Positions 13,174-25,175 of a stretch of DNA of 64,000 bases are shown here, in pieces. The notes beneath the pieces are model-generated. The model saw only the letters and a program-made list of their open reading frames with translations, searched no databases and had not been told where the DNA came from. The stretch is from Eledone cirrhosa. Taxonomy: Eukaryota. Each line of letters opens with the position of its first letter. Position 1 is the stretch's first letter. The position numbers and the translations under genes are program-made. The DNA lies in contig OZ024744.1 of NCBI GenBank assembly GCA_964016885.1, positions 135,966,001 through 136,030,000 of the forward strand, read 5' to 3'.

Positions 13174-13565
13174 GAGACCCAAGAAGACCTGGGATGAGGT
13201 GATAAAAGCCGACCTTACCCAATTACACCTCTCAAGGGCGATGACACACGACCGTGACCTCTGGCATCACGCAGTAATACAGAGTACCCGACCTCCCATG
13301 GGTAGAAGCTGAAGCATATAGACAATATGCTCCCACACCCTCCCACTGCAAAGTGGTCGTGGAGGTGCTACAGAAAAAAGCACCCAGCACTCACTGTAAA
13401 TGAGGGTGGTGTTAGGAAGGGCATCCAGCTGTAGAAATCAAGCCAAAATCATTTCCTGTATGAGCAAGGCATGGTCAGCCGACCAGACACTGCCGACAAC
13501 AGGACAACCCGTCTAACCCATTCTAGCATGGAAAAACGGACGTAAAATGGTGATGATGATGATGA
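13174..13565 (+). mobile_element. Second 5'-truncated RTE LINE 3' end
   Basis: Paralog of 12454-12853 with the same truncation point. Confidence 0.8.
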
Positions 13566-13679
13566 GACATTCTAACTACATGTCATAGTATCAGAGCTGT
13601 GATCTCTCAATTCAGAGATTCTTTCCTGAGACATTCTAACCATATGTCCATAGTATGAGAGTTATGATCTCTCAATTAA

Positions 13680-14974
13680 CCCTTTAGTGTTCAAACCGCC
13701 TGAAGTCGCCCAAAATTGTTTCCCCTTCATTTGTTCAAACCGCCCGAAAACACCCACACTAAAAAATCATTCTAAAAATAAACAAACCATCATCAAAATC
13801 TCGTCAATCCGAGACTGCTGCAAGATTAGGCCTTTACCGCGAAAATTAACACTTAATATAGTGGAACAACTAAAAACAACAAGTGTTTTTTAACTTTGAA
13901 AGTGCAACAAATTTTTGTATCAACATGGCTTATGAAAGTAGCGATACCGACTTTGAAGTTTTTACACACGACGACATTCAGAATAAACAAGAAACAAACG
14001 ATAATATTAGTGATTTATCTTCAAATGAATCTGATGTTTATATTTCTGAAATTTCGTCCGATGGTGATTATTTTGAAAGTGAAAACGAAGGAGACTCCAG
14101 GGCGCCATTGAAAATATTTCAGCAACATGGTCGAAAAATACCACACTAATATATGTTCCCGATTTTATTCAAAATACTGGTCCACAACACACATTAGCTC
14201 CCGATGCTAAAGCACTGTATTATTTCTTTTTGTTTTTATCACAAACTTTCTTCAAAGTTATGGCTGAAGAGATTAATCGATATAGCCAACAACAGATTTC
14301 AAATCGAGGAAAGTTCGATCTGTTATGGCGACCGACAGATGCTGTGGAAATGTAAGCATTTTTTACCATAAATATTACCGGTATAAAACAATTTGCAAGA
14401 CTGTGGAATTACTGGAACACTGATATAAGGTTTAGTGATTCTTATATATCAAGTATTATGCTGAAAACAACGTATTTAAAATTAAACCAGTATTTGCACC
14501 TGGTTGATACTTCAAATGCCCCTATTAATTAATTTCACCTGTCCATAAAAGTCAAATTTGCCCAAATAAATCAGGTAAAATTATATAATTGTAAATTATT
14601 GATATTTAAACATCCACTGACAAAATTTCAAGTCTGCACATAGAAAATTAAGAAAATTACAAACAAATCATCATCATCATCATCATCATTGTTTAACGTC
14701 CGTGTTCCACGCTTGCATGGGTTTGGACGGGAGTTTTCCCACTTGAGGCAAGAGTGGTTGTCTTGCTCGCATAGGACTGTCTGGCGGGTTTTCTACAGCT
14801 GGATGCCCTTCCTAACACCAACCACATTTACAGTGTGGGACTGGGAGGTTTTTACTGTGTTACCTACACCGTGTTACCTACAATAAAATTGATAACCCTC
14901 TTGAGTATGATTAACTGAAAATAATGCGAACAGATAAACATGACGTTTGACAAATTCATGCGAATGCTAAAGGG
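13680..14974 (+). mobile_element. Internally deleted piggyBac transposon (PGBD4-like transposase remnant)
   Basis: TTAA|CCCTTTAGTGTTC ... GAATGCTAAAGGG|TGAA termini; acidic N-terminus then YYFFLFL..EINRY..W.PTDAVEM*AFF..YW..LHLVD remnants (about 13925-14510); RTE 3' fragment inserted at about 14668-14885 (-). Confidence 0.85.
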
Positions 14975-14978
14975 TGAA

Positions 14979-15230
14979 GAGAAGTATCAGTTCTACCTGG
15001 AGTGACTCTCTGATCTCTAAGCTACACTCTATCGAGTAACGTTACTTCACAGACCCTTCGGAGGAATCCCATTTCGGCCACTTATATTCTTTCGGTCATT
15101 ACCCAAGATTTATGACCACAGGTAAGAGTTGGCACAAAAACTGAATTGAAGACAGCGAGTTTGGCTTTTACACCTACTTACCTTCTTCTGATGACTGAAT
15201 GTTGAAGCTGGCACATTACTACACCAGCTC
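14979..15230 (-). mobile_element. RTE (Rex3-like) LINE fragment, contiguous with the 64-bp array once piggyBac is removed
   Basis: Reverse complement matches about 37100-37335. Confidence 0.75.
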
Positions 15231-15285
15231 CTGCACATGATGGAATAAAAAAATCAATAATTTTGAAGATAATGAATCAACTGAC

Positions 15286-15387
15286 CTCAGGTAGATATGT
15301 TGGTTTGAAGCTAGCAAAGTCTGTGAGGAAAAGCCAATTCCAGCCAGTAATCATCACATTTTCAGACTTAATGTCACCATGGCAAAC
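15286..15387 (-). CDS. PIK3R4: PIK3R4/VPS15 coding exon 5 (catalytic loop [15 protein letters not shown])
   Basis: [34 protein letters not shown]; 102 nt; AG/GT boundaries. Confidence 0.96.
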
Positions 15388-15430
15388 CTGGAATGAAGGA
15401 ATTACAAAGAAATAATAATAATAATAATAA

Positions 15431-15810
15431 TTGGAGAGAAATGAGGCAAGCATGCTCCGTTGGATGTGCAGTGTAAATGTGCGTGAACGACCCAGCATAA
15501 ATGTGTTGAGAGAGAAACTGTGTCTGAGAGGGATAGAATGTAGTGTGTGAGAGAGGAGACTGAGGTGGTATGGACATGTGATGCACATGGAGGATGACCG
15601 ATGGGTGAAGAAGTGCCAGGAAATGCCAGTTGAAGGAAGACGAGGTAGAGGTAGACCACGAAAAACATGGGCGGAGGTGGTGAGAACAGAACTTAGATCA
15701 TTGAAGCACACGGTGGAGATGACGAAGGACCGTGACAAGTGGAGAGATGCTGTGCTGAATAAGACCCGTCCCACCCTTGCAAGCCGGGAAAAGCAGACGT
15801 ATGATGATGA
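15431..15810 (+). mobile_element. RTE LINE 3' fragment
   Basis: [13 protein letters not shown]...LRWYGHV...GRPRKTW; GAT tail. Confidence 0.88.
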
Positions 15811-16401
15811 ATTGTTTCTACTTTAGGCACAAGGCCAGCAATTTGAAGGGGAGGGGGAAAGTCGATTAAATCAACCTCAGTACATTACTGGTACTTTATT
15901 TTATTGACTCTGTAAGGATGAAAGGTAAAGCTAACCTTGGTGGGATCTGAAATCAGACCGTAATGGGATGTAACTATGCTGCAGAGCATGGTGTCCAACA
16001 CTAATAATTATAATAATAAATTGAATCAAAAATATTTAACACCATATTTAACACCAACACCACCACCTGGTCATGGGCTGCTTTTAAAGGAGTCAACTGC
16101 ACAAGGGTAAGCTGAAAGGTTCGTAGGTTGAATATGAAGGAATGATGCTAGAGCTGTGAAATTATACGTCATTAATTTCAACTCTTATTAATAACTGCAT
16201 TGTTTCTTTCCAGGGATTATGTTGAAAAATAAACTTCATTTGGTGATTCCATGAGAGTATCTTAGTTAGTCTATGAAGTTTTCAGCTGACCCTCGTACGG
16301 TAAGCATTCGTTTAAATTAAAATCTTCCAATATAATTTGCTAAGTTACTATCTTATTGATGAAATACTCATTTTAGTAAATCCCCCTAAATTCTTCCTTA
16401 A

Positions 16402-16605
16402 CCCTTTTGATACCAACTAACCCACCAAAACCAGCCCTGGTTCTATGAAATAAAACCACCCATTTTAAAGAGTTCCTATTTAGATTAAAATCTTCCAACA
16501 TAATTTTACATAAGAACCTTACATTAAGTCACTATCTTAGTAATGAAATAATTTTTAATTAATGAAAATAGAGTGTATTTCATTAGAAATGTGGTCATGA
16601 AAGGG
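16402..16605. mobile_element. piggyBac-type MITE
   Basis: TTAA|CCCTTT ... AAAGGG|TTAA. Confidence 0.7.
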
Positions 16606-16622
16606 TTAAGAACACAACTCAC

Positions 16623-16772
16623 CTTTAATTTATGGCATTGATTCAAAGCACAAAGAAGTTGGAAAGCAATCCATTTTTTCTCAATTGCATTGAGAAATGG
16701 CCGGGTGCTTATCCGATCATATAAACTATCTTTTGTATATTGGCGGAATAAAAGGGCAGCTTTATCTGATTG
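16623..16772 (-). CDS. PIK3R4: PIK3R4/VPS15 coding exon 4
   Basis: [50 protein letters not shown]; 150 nt; AG/GT boundaries. Confidence 0.96.
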
Positions 16773-17477
16773 CTGTAAAGATATAATGACAGATACATAT
16801 GGCAGATGTAAAGATATAATGACAGATACATATGGCAGATGTAAAGATATAAAAACAGAGATACATATGGCAGATGTAAAGATATAAAAACAGAGATACA
16901 TATGGCAGATGTAAAGATATTGTATTTCTCTTTTGGCACAAGGCCAGCAATTACCCAGCGCATTACTGGTACTTTATTTTATCAACCCCGTAAGGATGAA
17001 AGGCAAAGTTAACTGCGGCGGGATTTGAACTCAGAATGGCAAGGGCCATAACTATGCGCTCGACCCTCTACCGATACTGCCAATCCACTATCTAAGATAT
17101 AAGTATATATAATTGTTTCTACTTTTGGCACAAGGCCAGCAATAACCCAATACATTACTGATACTTTATTTTATCGACCCCCGTAAGGATGAAAGGCAAA
17201 GTTAACCTCAGCGGGATTTGAACTCAGATCGTAAAGAGACGTAACTCTATGCTGGAAAGTATGTCTGCCCCTCTAATGACATAGAGACACATATGGCAGA
17301 TGTAAAGATATGTGGTATATGGGACAGATGTAAAACTATGTGATACATAGGACAGATGTAAAGATCTGTTGTAAAGATATGTGATACACAGGTACATCTG
17401 TTGTAAAGATATGTGGTACATAGATACATCTGTTGTAAAGATATTTGGTACATATGGCAGATGTAAAGATGTGTGGT
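16773..17477. repeat. ~33-bp minisatellite filling the intron, interrupted by two SINEs (about 16922-17090 and 17113-17262)
   Basis: Core catatggcagatgtaaagata repeats at 16773-16920 and 17285-17477. Confidence 0.8.
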
Positions 17478-17488
17478 AAATTACTTAC

Positions 17489-17544
17489 TATAAATTTCTG
17501 GAATGGAAGACAGTTTGAGGCACCACTTAACTGTCCTTTAATTT
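17489..17544 (-). CDS. PIK3R4: PIK3R4/VPS15 coding exon 3
   Basis: (E)IKGQLSGASNCLPFQKFI; 56 nt; phases fit both neighbouring exons. Confidence 0.93.
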
Positions 17545-17700
17545 CTGAGAAGAAAAACAAAACAATAACAATATACATATATTAGCATATTTAATACAAT
17601 AGTCACATGAGGTAGTTCACACCTCATATTGATAATGTCTGCTCCATATTTCAGTAAAATATAAATTTTAAAATAACAAACAAAAAACTGGTTTTACCCT

Positions 17701-18072
17701 AACAGGCTTAAACACAGCTAAATAGTTAAAACAGGCTTAATTGCAGTTAAAATAGGTTTAAATACAGTTAAAACAGGCTTAATTGCAGTTAAAACAGGCT
17801 TAATTGCAGTTAAAACAGATTTAATTGTAGTTAAAACAGATTTAGTTGCAGTTAAAACAGGTTTAAATACAGTTAAAACAGGCTTAATTGCAGTTAAAAC
17901 AGGCTTAATTGCAGTTAAAACAGGCTTAATTGCAGTTAAAATAGGCTTAATTGCAGTTAAAACAGGCTTAATTGCAGTTAAAACAGGTTTAAATAGTTAA
18001 AACAGGCTTAATTGCAGTTAAAACAGGTTTTATTGTAGTTAAAACAGGCTTAATTGTAGTTAAAACAAGCTT
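17701..18072. repeat. 21-bp tandem repeat (gttaaaacaggcttaattgca)n
   Basis: About 17 copies directly visible. Confidence 0.93.
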
Positions 18073-18283
18073 CAGTTTTATGTCATTTACATGATATCTT
18101 GACTGCACTCAATATGACCATAAGTAAACAGGATACAGACCCCTTGGCCTGTCTAGGTCAGTAGCCCCACTTCAGAACTAACTTATGTAGACCTGTCCAA
18201 CCCTTGCTAGCAGGGAAAGCAGACATTAAATGGTGCGTGTGCGTGTGTGTCATCATCATTTTACGTCCGCTTTTCCCTGCTTC

Positions 18284-21200
18284 TGGTTTTATAATTTCAC
18301 AAATTTCTCCCAATAGAGAGAGAGTCGGTTTCTAACATAGACACAAGACTCTCTCATTGGAATTTACACATCAACTAGGTAGATAAACATAGTGTTAACT
18401 ATTTCATGGACAACTGCAATAATAAACAAATCACTCACTAGGTAGATTATGTATGCATGCATGTGTAGATATGGATGTTATTGTATGTGTGGATGTGGAT
18501 GTTTTGAGTTGATGTGTGCATGTGTATATGCTTTGCATCTGTACATGTGTATATGCAGTTATTAGATGCAAAATTTCTGAAATGTTTTACATATTTTTAC
18601 TGTTCCATTAATGGATTGTACTTGTAATTTCCTAACTAGTTGTACTCTTTCTGTTCCTACGAAGCCTAGCTTCTCAAGATTTGTATTGAGGCAGTTACTA
18701 ACATACCCCAGTGCCCCAATAATCACAGGCATAAATCTGAAGGTGTAATCAGGGTGGAGTATCTGCAGATTTCTCATTAGTTCTACATAAATATTCTCCT
18801 TTTCGCTAATCTTTGATATTATATTGGCATCTGCTGGGTAGCTAACTTCCACTACTGTGCATGCTTTCTTCTCCCTGTCCCATATCATAATATCTGGTCT
18901 GTTATGCCTGCATTTTATTGGGGTTTTTACTGGAACATTCCACCAGTACGCTTTCATGTTATGTATATGTATGTCTTCCATATTGCTGTAGCTTTTAATG
19001 TGTTTATTATCGGGGCTATCTTTTCTACGGATTGTATTGTACAGTGTTTTGGCCACTACATCATGCCTCATAGGTAGATAGTACCGTGATGACATCTTTG
19101 GACAGCTGCTGATGGCATGGGTGACATCTTCGATGTTAATTCTGCAGAGTCTGCATTTGTTATCTCATCTAGGTGTTTTGCTAACATCCCTATCTCTTTT
19201 GTGAATCAGGTATTTCGTCTTAATCTCCTGTTATTGAATTGTAAAAGCGTATCCTTCAAAGTGGGAGCCAATATAGCGGTTGTTGTTCCAAGATAGACTA
19301 CTTTCCTTATCTATATTACTCTCACTCTGGAGCTTCCTGGCAACATATCCATGCATGATTTTTTTGCTGATAAGCATGCAGTTTTTCATCCATGGATTTA
19401 CTGCGATACTGCTGAGCGACATCCCTGGGTGTGAGTTTTTGATTATCACACAAGAAACATCTCTCGAGTAGTTCCTTCCCAACTCTCATGATCTTATCTG
19501 TTTCATGCAGATAGACTTGCTCGAGAGATGGGCTCCTATGCTTCGAGGTTCGTAGATGTTGTCGGAGAGATATGATGCAACATTCAAATGCTGTCTGGAC
19601 TGATGTTAGGCCTCTGCCTCCCTGATTACGTTTCAAGTAAAGGCGGTCTATATCACTGTTGATGTGGAAGTTTCCGGTGTTGTTTAGTATTTTTTGAGTT
19701 CTAACATCAACTGCTCGGATTTCGTCTATCGTCCAACTGTGTATTCCAATCGTTGGTGTTAGGACAGGCACAGCAAACACATTGTGAGCCACTGTTTTGT
19801 TTTGGACAGCGAGTTCCGATGACCAAATCTTTCTTAATCGGGTGTAGTATTCCCTGGTTACGCGTTCTTTATTACAGATACCATTATAGGATATGTTCTC
19901 ATCTATCCCCAGGTATCTGTAGCAGTCCTCATCAGATATTGATGAAACAGTTAGGCCATTGATGACAATGTTGCTAGATTGGATTGTTGTTTTCCCCGCT
20001 TTACAGTCATATAAGAACATTTATCTTGGCCAAACTCCATTCCTATATCCTTTGAGAACATTGTAACTAGGTCAAGATTTTTCTTCATCCCATCCATGTT
20101 CTTGGCATAGAGTTTCAGGTCATCCACAAAGAAATTATAGGTTTATGTTCGTATTTCTGTCCTCCTGTGAGCCAATAATGTATCCCTCACATTTCTGGAG
20201 CAGAAAAGGACAAGGGGTTTAATGACAGGATGAATAATATCACAGAGAGACTGTCTCCCTGAAATATACCCCTGCGATATTTTATTTTATCAGTAGAAAT
20301 AGAGTCCTCCTTCTCTGTCTTTAACCTTAGGATAGTAGCCCAAGAAGAAGACAGCCTCTCTATAGCTCTGATAATAATGTCTGGGACTTTAGCAAGTTGG
20401 AGGGCCTCTATCATCCAAGAGTGGGGAACAGAATCGAAAGCTTTCCTGTAGTCCAGTCAGACTGTAGTCATATTCCTCCTAAGTTGTCGCACCTCCGACA
20501 TCGCAGTTTTGTTGATTAGGAGTTGTTCAGCACATCCCCAAACCTCTTTCTTTCCATCTGTGATGATGTTATTATTTTCACAGTGATCTTGGAGGAATAG
20601 GTTCAGGCAGGCTGTATACATCAGATTCTGGCATGCAATGGGTCGGTAGTTTTTTTGCCAAGTGGGTGTTTTTGTTCTTGGGGACCAGTAATGTTTGTGC
20701 TAATGTCTACCATTCTGGTATAAGAACTTATTGGTAAAGGTTGGTAAGATACCTCCGATAGAATATCAGTTTTTTGCTTTCTTATCTTGGAGTTTCCTAT
20801 CACAGTCTCAAGGGTACCCTCACTTATTTTGTATGTTTTTGTTGTAGTGTAGGAGCAATAGTTCTTTCGGATTTCTCTTAGCCACACTGCATCTTGGTTG
20901 AAATTCTTCTTTTCACCCCATATTTTGCTCCCAAAGGAATCTATGTCTTTCAGGATGGGGCCTCAGTGACACTTATTATTTTGCCCTTCATATCACTATA
21001 GACTGATGTTTGGTTTCGTCTGAATCTTTTATTAAGCACTTTTCTCTCATCTACCTTCTTCAGGTATCGGCGTTTTTCGCTAACAGCTCTCAATTCCTGT
21101 TTGAGGGTGATCAGCTTATATTGAAGAGTTCTGGTTCTACTGTTACCAAACATCGTCTCTATTTTATTTTTCACTCTTTGTTGGTGAGGAGTGAGGTTTT

Positions 21201-22490
21201 TTTTGTGTTTGTTTGCATGTAAGGAGCATTGTCACATATCCTATGGTTTTTCGTAGATCAGCAATCTTTTTTTCTACTTTAGTTATATATGATGGTATTT
21301 TTGGTGGTGTTCTGTTCTTGTTAATATCTCGACTATCACCAAGATAATGCTTCACTGTCATTGCTAAGGCATATAAACAGGCTTTGATTTGCCAAAATGT
21401 TGGGGTTTTTATCCCCTATTTCGTCAATAACACGTAATATTTCATTATTTAGATTTTAATAGGGCGGTGGATTGGCAGTATCGGTAGAGGGTCGGACGCC
21501 ATGCTTTCCAGCATAGATACGTCCCTTTACGATCTGAGTTCAAATCCCGCCGAGGTTGACTTTGCCTTTCATCCTTACGGGGTCGATAAAATAAAGTACC
21601 AGTAATGCACTGGATAATTGCTGGCCTTGTGCCTAAAGTAGAAACAATTATTTAGATTTTTATTAAACATTGTCGTTTTAATACATTCAGCAAGAGAGAT
21701 ATTTATACATGAATTAATTTCTCTCTGGAAGATTTCATTGAGGGAAATTTTCAATTGTTTATACTTTTGATTATTATCATTATCGATAGTAATTTCCACA
21801 ACAGTCGAGGTAGACTCGGATGGTACACGTGGTGTCAAATTTCTTCGATTATTATTATTATCGGTAGTGTTTTCCCCAGCATTCGAGGTAGACTTAAATG
21901 GTACATGTGGTGTCAAATTTCTTACAGGTATAGTTGTTTCAAGGCACTGTTTAACCTGGCTACTAGGAAGTCTAGTAACATGGCAACCTGTAGCACGTTG
22001 TTGATAACATGTTTGTTGTGGGGGACTTACAATTAATAATATTTATCTTATTTTTATGTTCAACAAACGTCGCTTGTTGGCGTAATTGTTTCGCTGTGAA
22101 ATAATTTAGCTCTGGGTGTATTTCGTCCCAGTGTAGCTTCATTCTATTCATATAGCCAATGGAGGGATTGTTTTTTGCCATTTTATAACAATTAAATAAA
22201 TCATTATTAAGTTCGCAACTCCAAGAGAAATGCGATTTATAATTTCGGTTTCTACTGTAGCTACAACTGAATAAAGTTTGTTTACCTTCCTTGTTATTTG
22301 TCTTCGGTACTTCTTTAATGTTGTTGTTGTGTTCAGCCATGCTGTTTGTAGCAAATCCTTGTAAAATGAATTATGTATTTAGTCGGATATCTCTACGAAT
22401 TCGAATAAAAGGTGTCTTCAGTGGATATAGTTAAAAGAATAACCAGTTATTCAACATGACTGTAGTTGTGGCATTACTGTCGGAGATAGT
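18284..22490 (-). mobile_element. Near full-length, degenerate Dong/R4-like element (family C)
   Basis: ORF pieces: WSCELNNDLFNCY, DYRKAFDSVPHSW, GIFQGDSLS, FVDDLKL, YRYLGI, RHDVVAK, RPDIMIWD; SINE inserted at 21461-21648. Confidence 0.88.
21461..21648 (+). mobile_element. Full-length tRNA-derived SINE
   Basis: A-box-like TGGCAGTATCGG, B-box GTTCAAATCC, central GCCTTTCATCCTTACGGGGTCGATAAAATAAAGTACCAG domain (resembles the MetaSINE domain); imperfect TSD ttattt(t)agatttt. Confidence 0.9.
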
Positions 22491-22647
22491 ATTCATCTTA
22501 AATTTAATGAATAGCTTCCCACACCAAAATATGCGACTGATCGCGTTGACTGACTATGTATGTATGTATGTATGTATGTATGTATGTATATATATACACA
22601 AACACACATATCCATAATCATAAATAAAATACAAAATGAAACGTTAC

Positions 22648-22772
22648 CTTCTAATCGATTTCTGTGTATGGCCAACGGAAGAGACGGGTCATGTATTACA
22701 AACACCTTCACCACAACTTGACCCTCTTTGCATCGCGCTCGCGCTACTTTAAAGAAGCGTGTGCTCCCTAAG
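22648..22772 (-). CDS. PIK3R4: PIK3R4/VPS15 coding exon 2
   Basis: (S)[41 protein letters not shown]; 125 nt; AG/GT boundaries. Confidence 0.96.
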
Positions 22773-22809
22773 CTGAAATGATAATAAAATTATTCAACTG
22801 AAAAGAGGG

Positions 22810-22973
22810 TCTGAGATTCACAGGGACTAACAACAATGTTTCAAATTTACAGAGTCTTAAAACAGAGTCTGAAATTTACAGGGTCTTAAAACGTGGTCTG
22901 CAATTTACAGGGTCTTAAAACATGGTCTGAGATTTACAGGGTCTTAAAACATGGTCTGAGATTTACAGGGACT
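22810..22973. repeat. 29-bp tandem repeat
   Basis: Unit tctgagatttacagggtcttaaaacatgg, about 5 copies. Confidence 0.85.
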
Positions 22974-23345
22974 ACAAATAAAACAAATAAAAAATATAGT
23001 GAGGTAGAGCAGTGAAGGGTAGTATGTGCAGTAATTGAACCCACAAACTTATGATTATAAGTCCAACTCCCTAACCACTAAACCATGTGTCTTCACAAAT
23101 ATTTATTGCTAATGACTTAACAACAGATATTAGCTACTGAGATCACAGCACTAGGGTACCATGTATCTTTACAGTGTGTACTGAGAGCATTTTATTGTGA
23201 CACCAACACAACCAACTCACAAGCAGAACTGGCAGTTTTTAAGTTTGGTATTCAACATTTAAAAAACATATTCTTATGTCAATCACAATGTAACATTTTA
23301 TAAATTCATTATTTCATGAAATCTAAACAATGCTACTGATATATA

Positions 23346-23909
23346 TCATCATCATCATTTTACGTCCGCTTTTCCCTACTTGCAAGGGTGGGATGGATCT
23401 TATTCAGCACAGCATCTCTCCACTTGTCACGGTCCTTTGTCATCTCCACCGTGAGCTTCAGCGATCTGAGGTCTGTAATCACCACCTCCACCCATATTTT
23501 TCATGGTCTACCTCTACCATGTCTTCCTTCAACTGGCATTTCTTGGCACTTCTTCACCCATCGGTCATCCTCCATGCGCATCACATGTCCATACCACTGC
23601 AGTCTCCTCTCTCGCACACTACATTCTATCCCACTCAGACAGTTTCTCTCTCAATACATCCATGCTGGGTCGTTCACGCACATTTACACTGCACATCCAA
23701 CGGAGCATGCTTGCCTCATTTCTCTCCAGCTGTCGCATATCCTCTGCAGTTGCTGCCCATGTCTCACCACCATGCAGCATTGCGCTCCTCACACAGGCAT
23801 CATATAACCGGCCTTTCGTACGCAGGGAGAAACCCTTCTTCGTCAGCAGAGGAAGCAGCTCCCTAAACTTCTTCCAACCCGTCCTTATTCTAGATACTAT
23901 GGCCTCGGA
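23346..23909 (-). mobile_element. RTE LINE 3' fragment
   Basis: RIRTGWKKFRELLPLL...KGRLYDACVRSAMLHGGETW; GAT tail. Confidence 0.88.
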
Positions 23910-24231
23910 AATATATATATATATATAAGAGAGTATTGAAGTTTGCTTGAAGCATTGTGGAATAATAAGGTCAATTTCTTTAAGTCGTTTGGAAGCCTCG
24001 ACAATGCAGATGGGTAAATCTCCGGGTAACAAGATCCGGTGGTGGAGAGAGAGATGTAAGTGGGTGTACGTTGAGATGCGTGGCATGTATAAGACTGTGA
24101 CGTGTAGAGGAATGAAGGAAAGAGCGTAAAGGATAAAAATAAAAATAACACGAGAAAGAGTTACCTTGGGAGAGATTTAATTGTCCCTATATATTTCGGA
24201 TTCACATCCATCAACTGGGTTGTTTTCCGGG

Positions 24232-24378
24232 GAGGGGGGGGGGGGGTTGTCTGTCGGAAAGGTGCGAAACGTGTCCTCCGCTGTTCGTTGTTTTGAATAT
24301 CAAAAAGATATTCAAAACAACGAACAGCAAAGGACACGTTTTGCACCTTTCCGACAGACAACCTCCCCCCCCCCCCTC
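24232..24378. repeat. Near-perfect fold-back inverted repeat with G/C-tract ends
   Basis: About 70-bp arms around an AAAAA loop at 24302-24306. Confidence 0.9.
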
Positions 24379-24402
24379 TCCCATCCCCTTGGTCTTTCTA
24401 TC

Positions 24403-24920
24403 GACAAAAAGTACCCAGTACACACTGTAAAGTGGTCATGTAGGTGTCACAACAAAAAGTGCCCAGTCTACACTGTAAAGTGGTCATGTAGGTGTCACAA
24501 CAAAAAGTACCCAGTACACACTGTGAAGTGGTCATGTAGGAGTCACAACAAAAAGTACCCAGTACACACTGTAAAGTGGTCATGTAGGAGTCACAACAAA
24601 AAGTACCCAGTACACACTGTAAAGTGGTCATGTAGGGTGTCACAACAAAAAGTACCCAGTACACACTGTAAAGTGGTCATGTAGGGTGTCACAACAAAAA
24701 GTACCCAGTACACACTGTAAAGTGGTCATGTAGGTGCCACAATAAAAAGTACCCAGTACATACTGTAAATGAGGTTGATGCTAGGAAGGGCATCAAAAGT
24801 TGGTTCTGTATGAGCAAGGCATGGTCACCTGACCTGGCATTGCTCACAACAGGACAACTCATCTAACCCATTCCAGCATAGAAAAATGGATGTTAAACAG
24901 TGATGATAATGATGATGTTG
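24403..24920 (+). repeat. 48-bp tandem array grown inside an RTE 3'UTR, followed by the RTE tail
   Basis: Unit acaacaaaaagtacccagtacacactgtaaagtggtcatgtaggtgtc, about 7.5 copies, running into aggaagggcatc...(GAT)n. Confidence 0.85.
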
Positions 24921-25175
24921 ATATAATATATAAGGAAAATTGTTTTCAAAAAAGAATTTGAAAAGCGAACCTGATATATACGCCTGCTTTCTCTATTTTG
25001 GATGATCTAAATTGGAGAAAGCAAGCTTTGCTAACATCAATTGGTATACTTGTTATAAAGATCCTTTATATACCAGGTGCGCTTGCAAACCCTTTTTTTT
25101 TTTACAATTTTCTTTATAAAATGTGATCTGTATAGAACGTTTTCTAACGTCCACACTAAATTTTCACTATATAGA

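Larger units (their letters stand above)
12216..13677. repeat. 64-bp tandem array derived from RTE LINE coding sequence, interrupted twice by RTE 3' ends
   Basis: Unit catagtatcagagctgtgatctctcaattcagagattctttcctgagacattctaaccacatgt; period 64 (13001 to 13065). Confidence 0.92.

Noticed and set aside
15277-15774. 165-aa ORF ending in VPS15 kinase motifs
   Set aside because: Only 15286-15387 is exon; the rest is antisense RTE and TAA repeat upstream of a clear acceptor.
21461-21552. tRNA gene
   Set aside because: A and B boxes belong to a SINE head; no complete cloverleaf, and it continues into the SINE body.
24403-24770. CRISPR-like regular repeats (also 12216-13677 and 26512-26701)
   Set aside because: Units are contiguous with no unique spacers, there are no cas genes and the context is eukaryotic; two arrays trace to LINE sequence.
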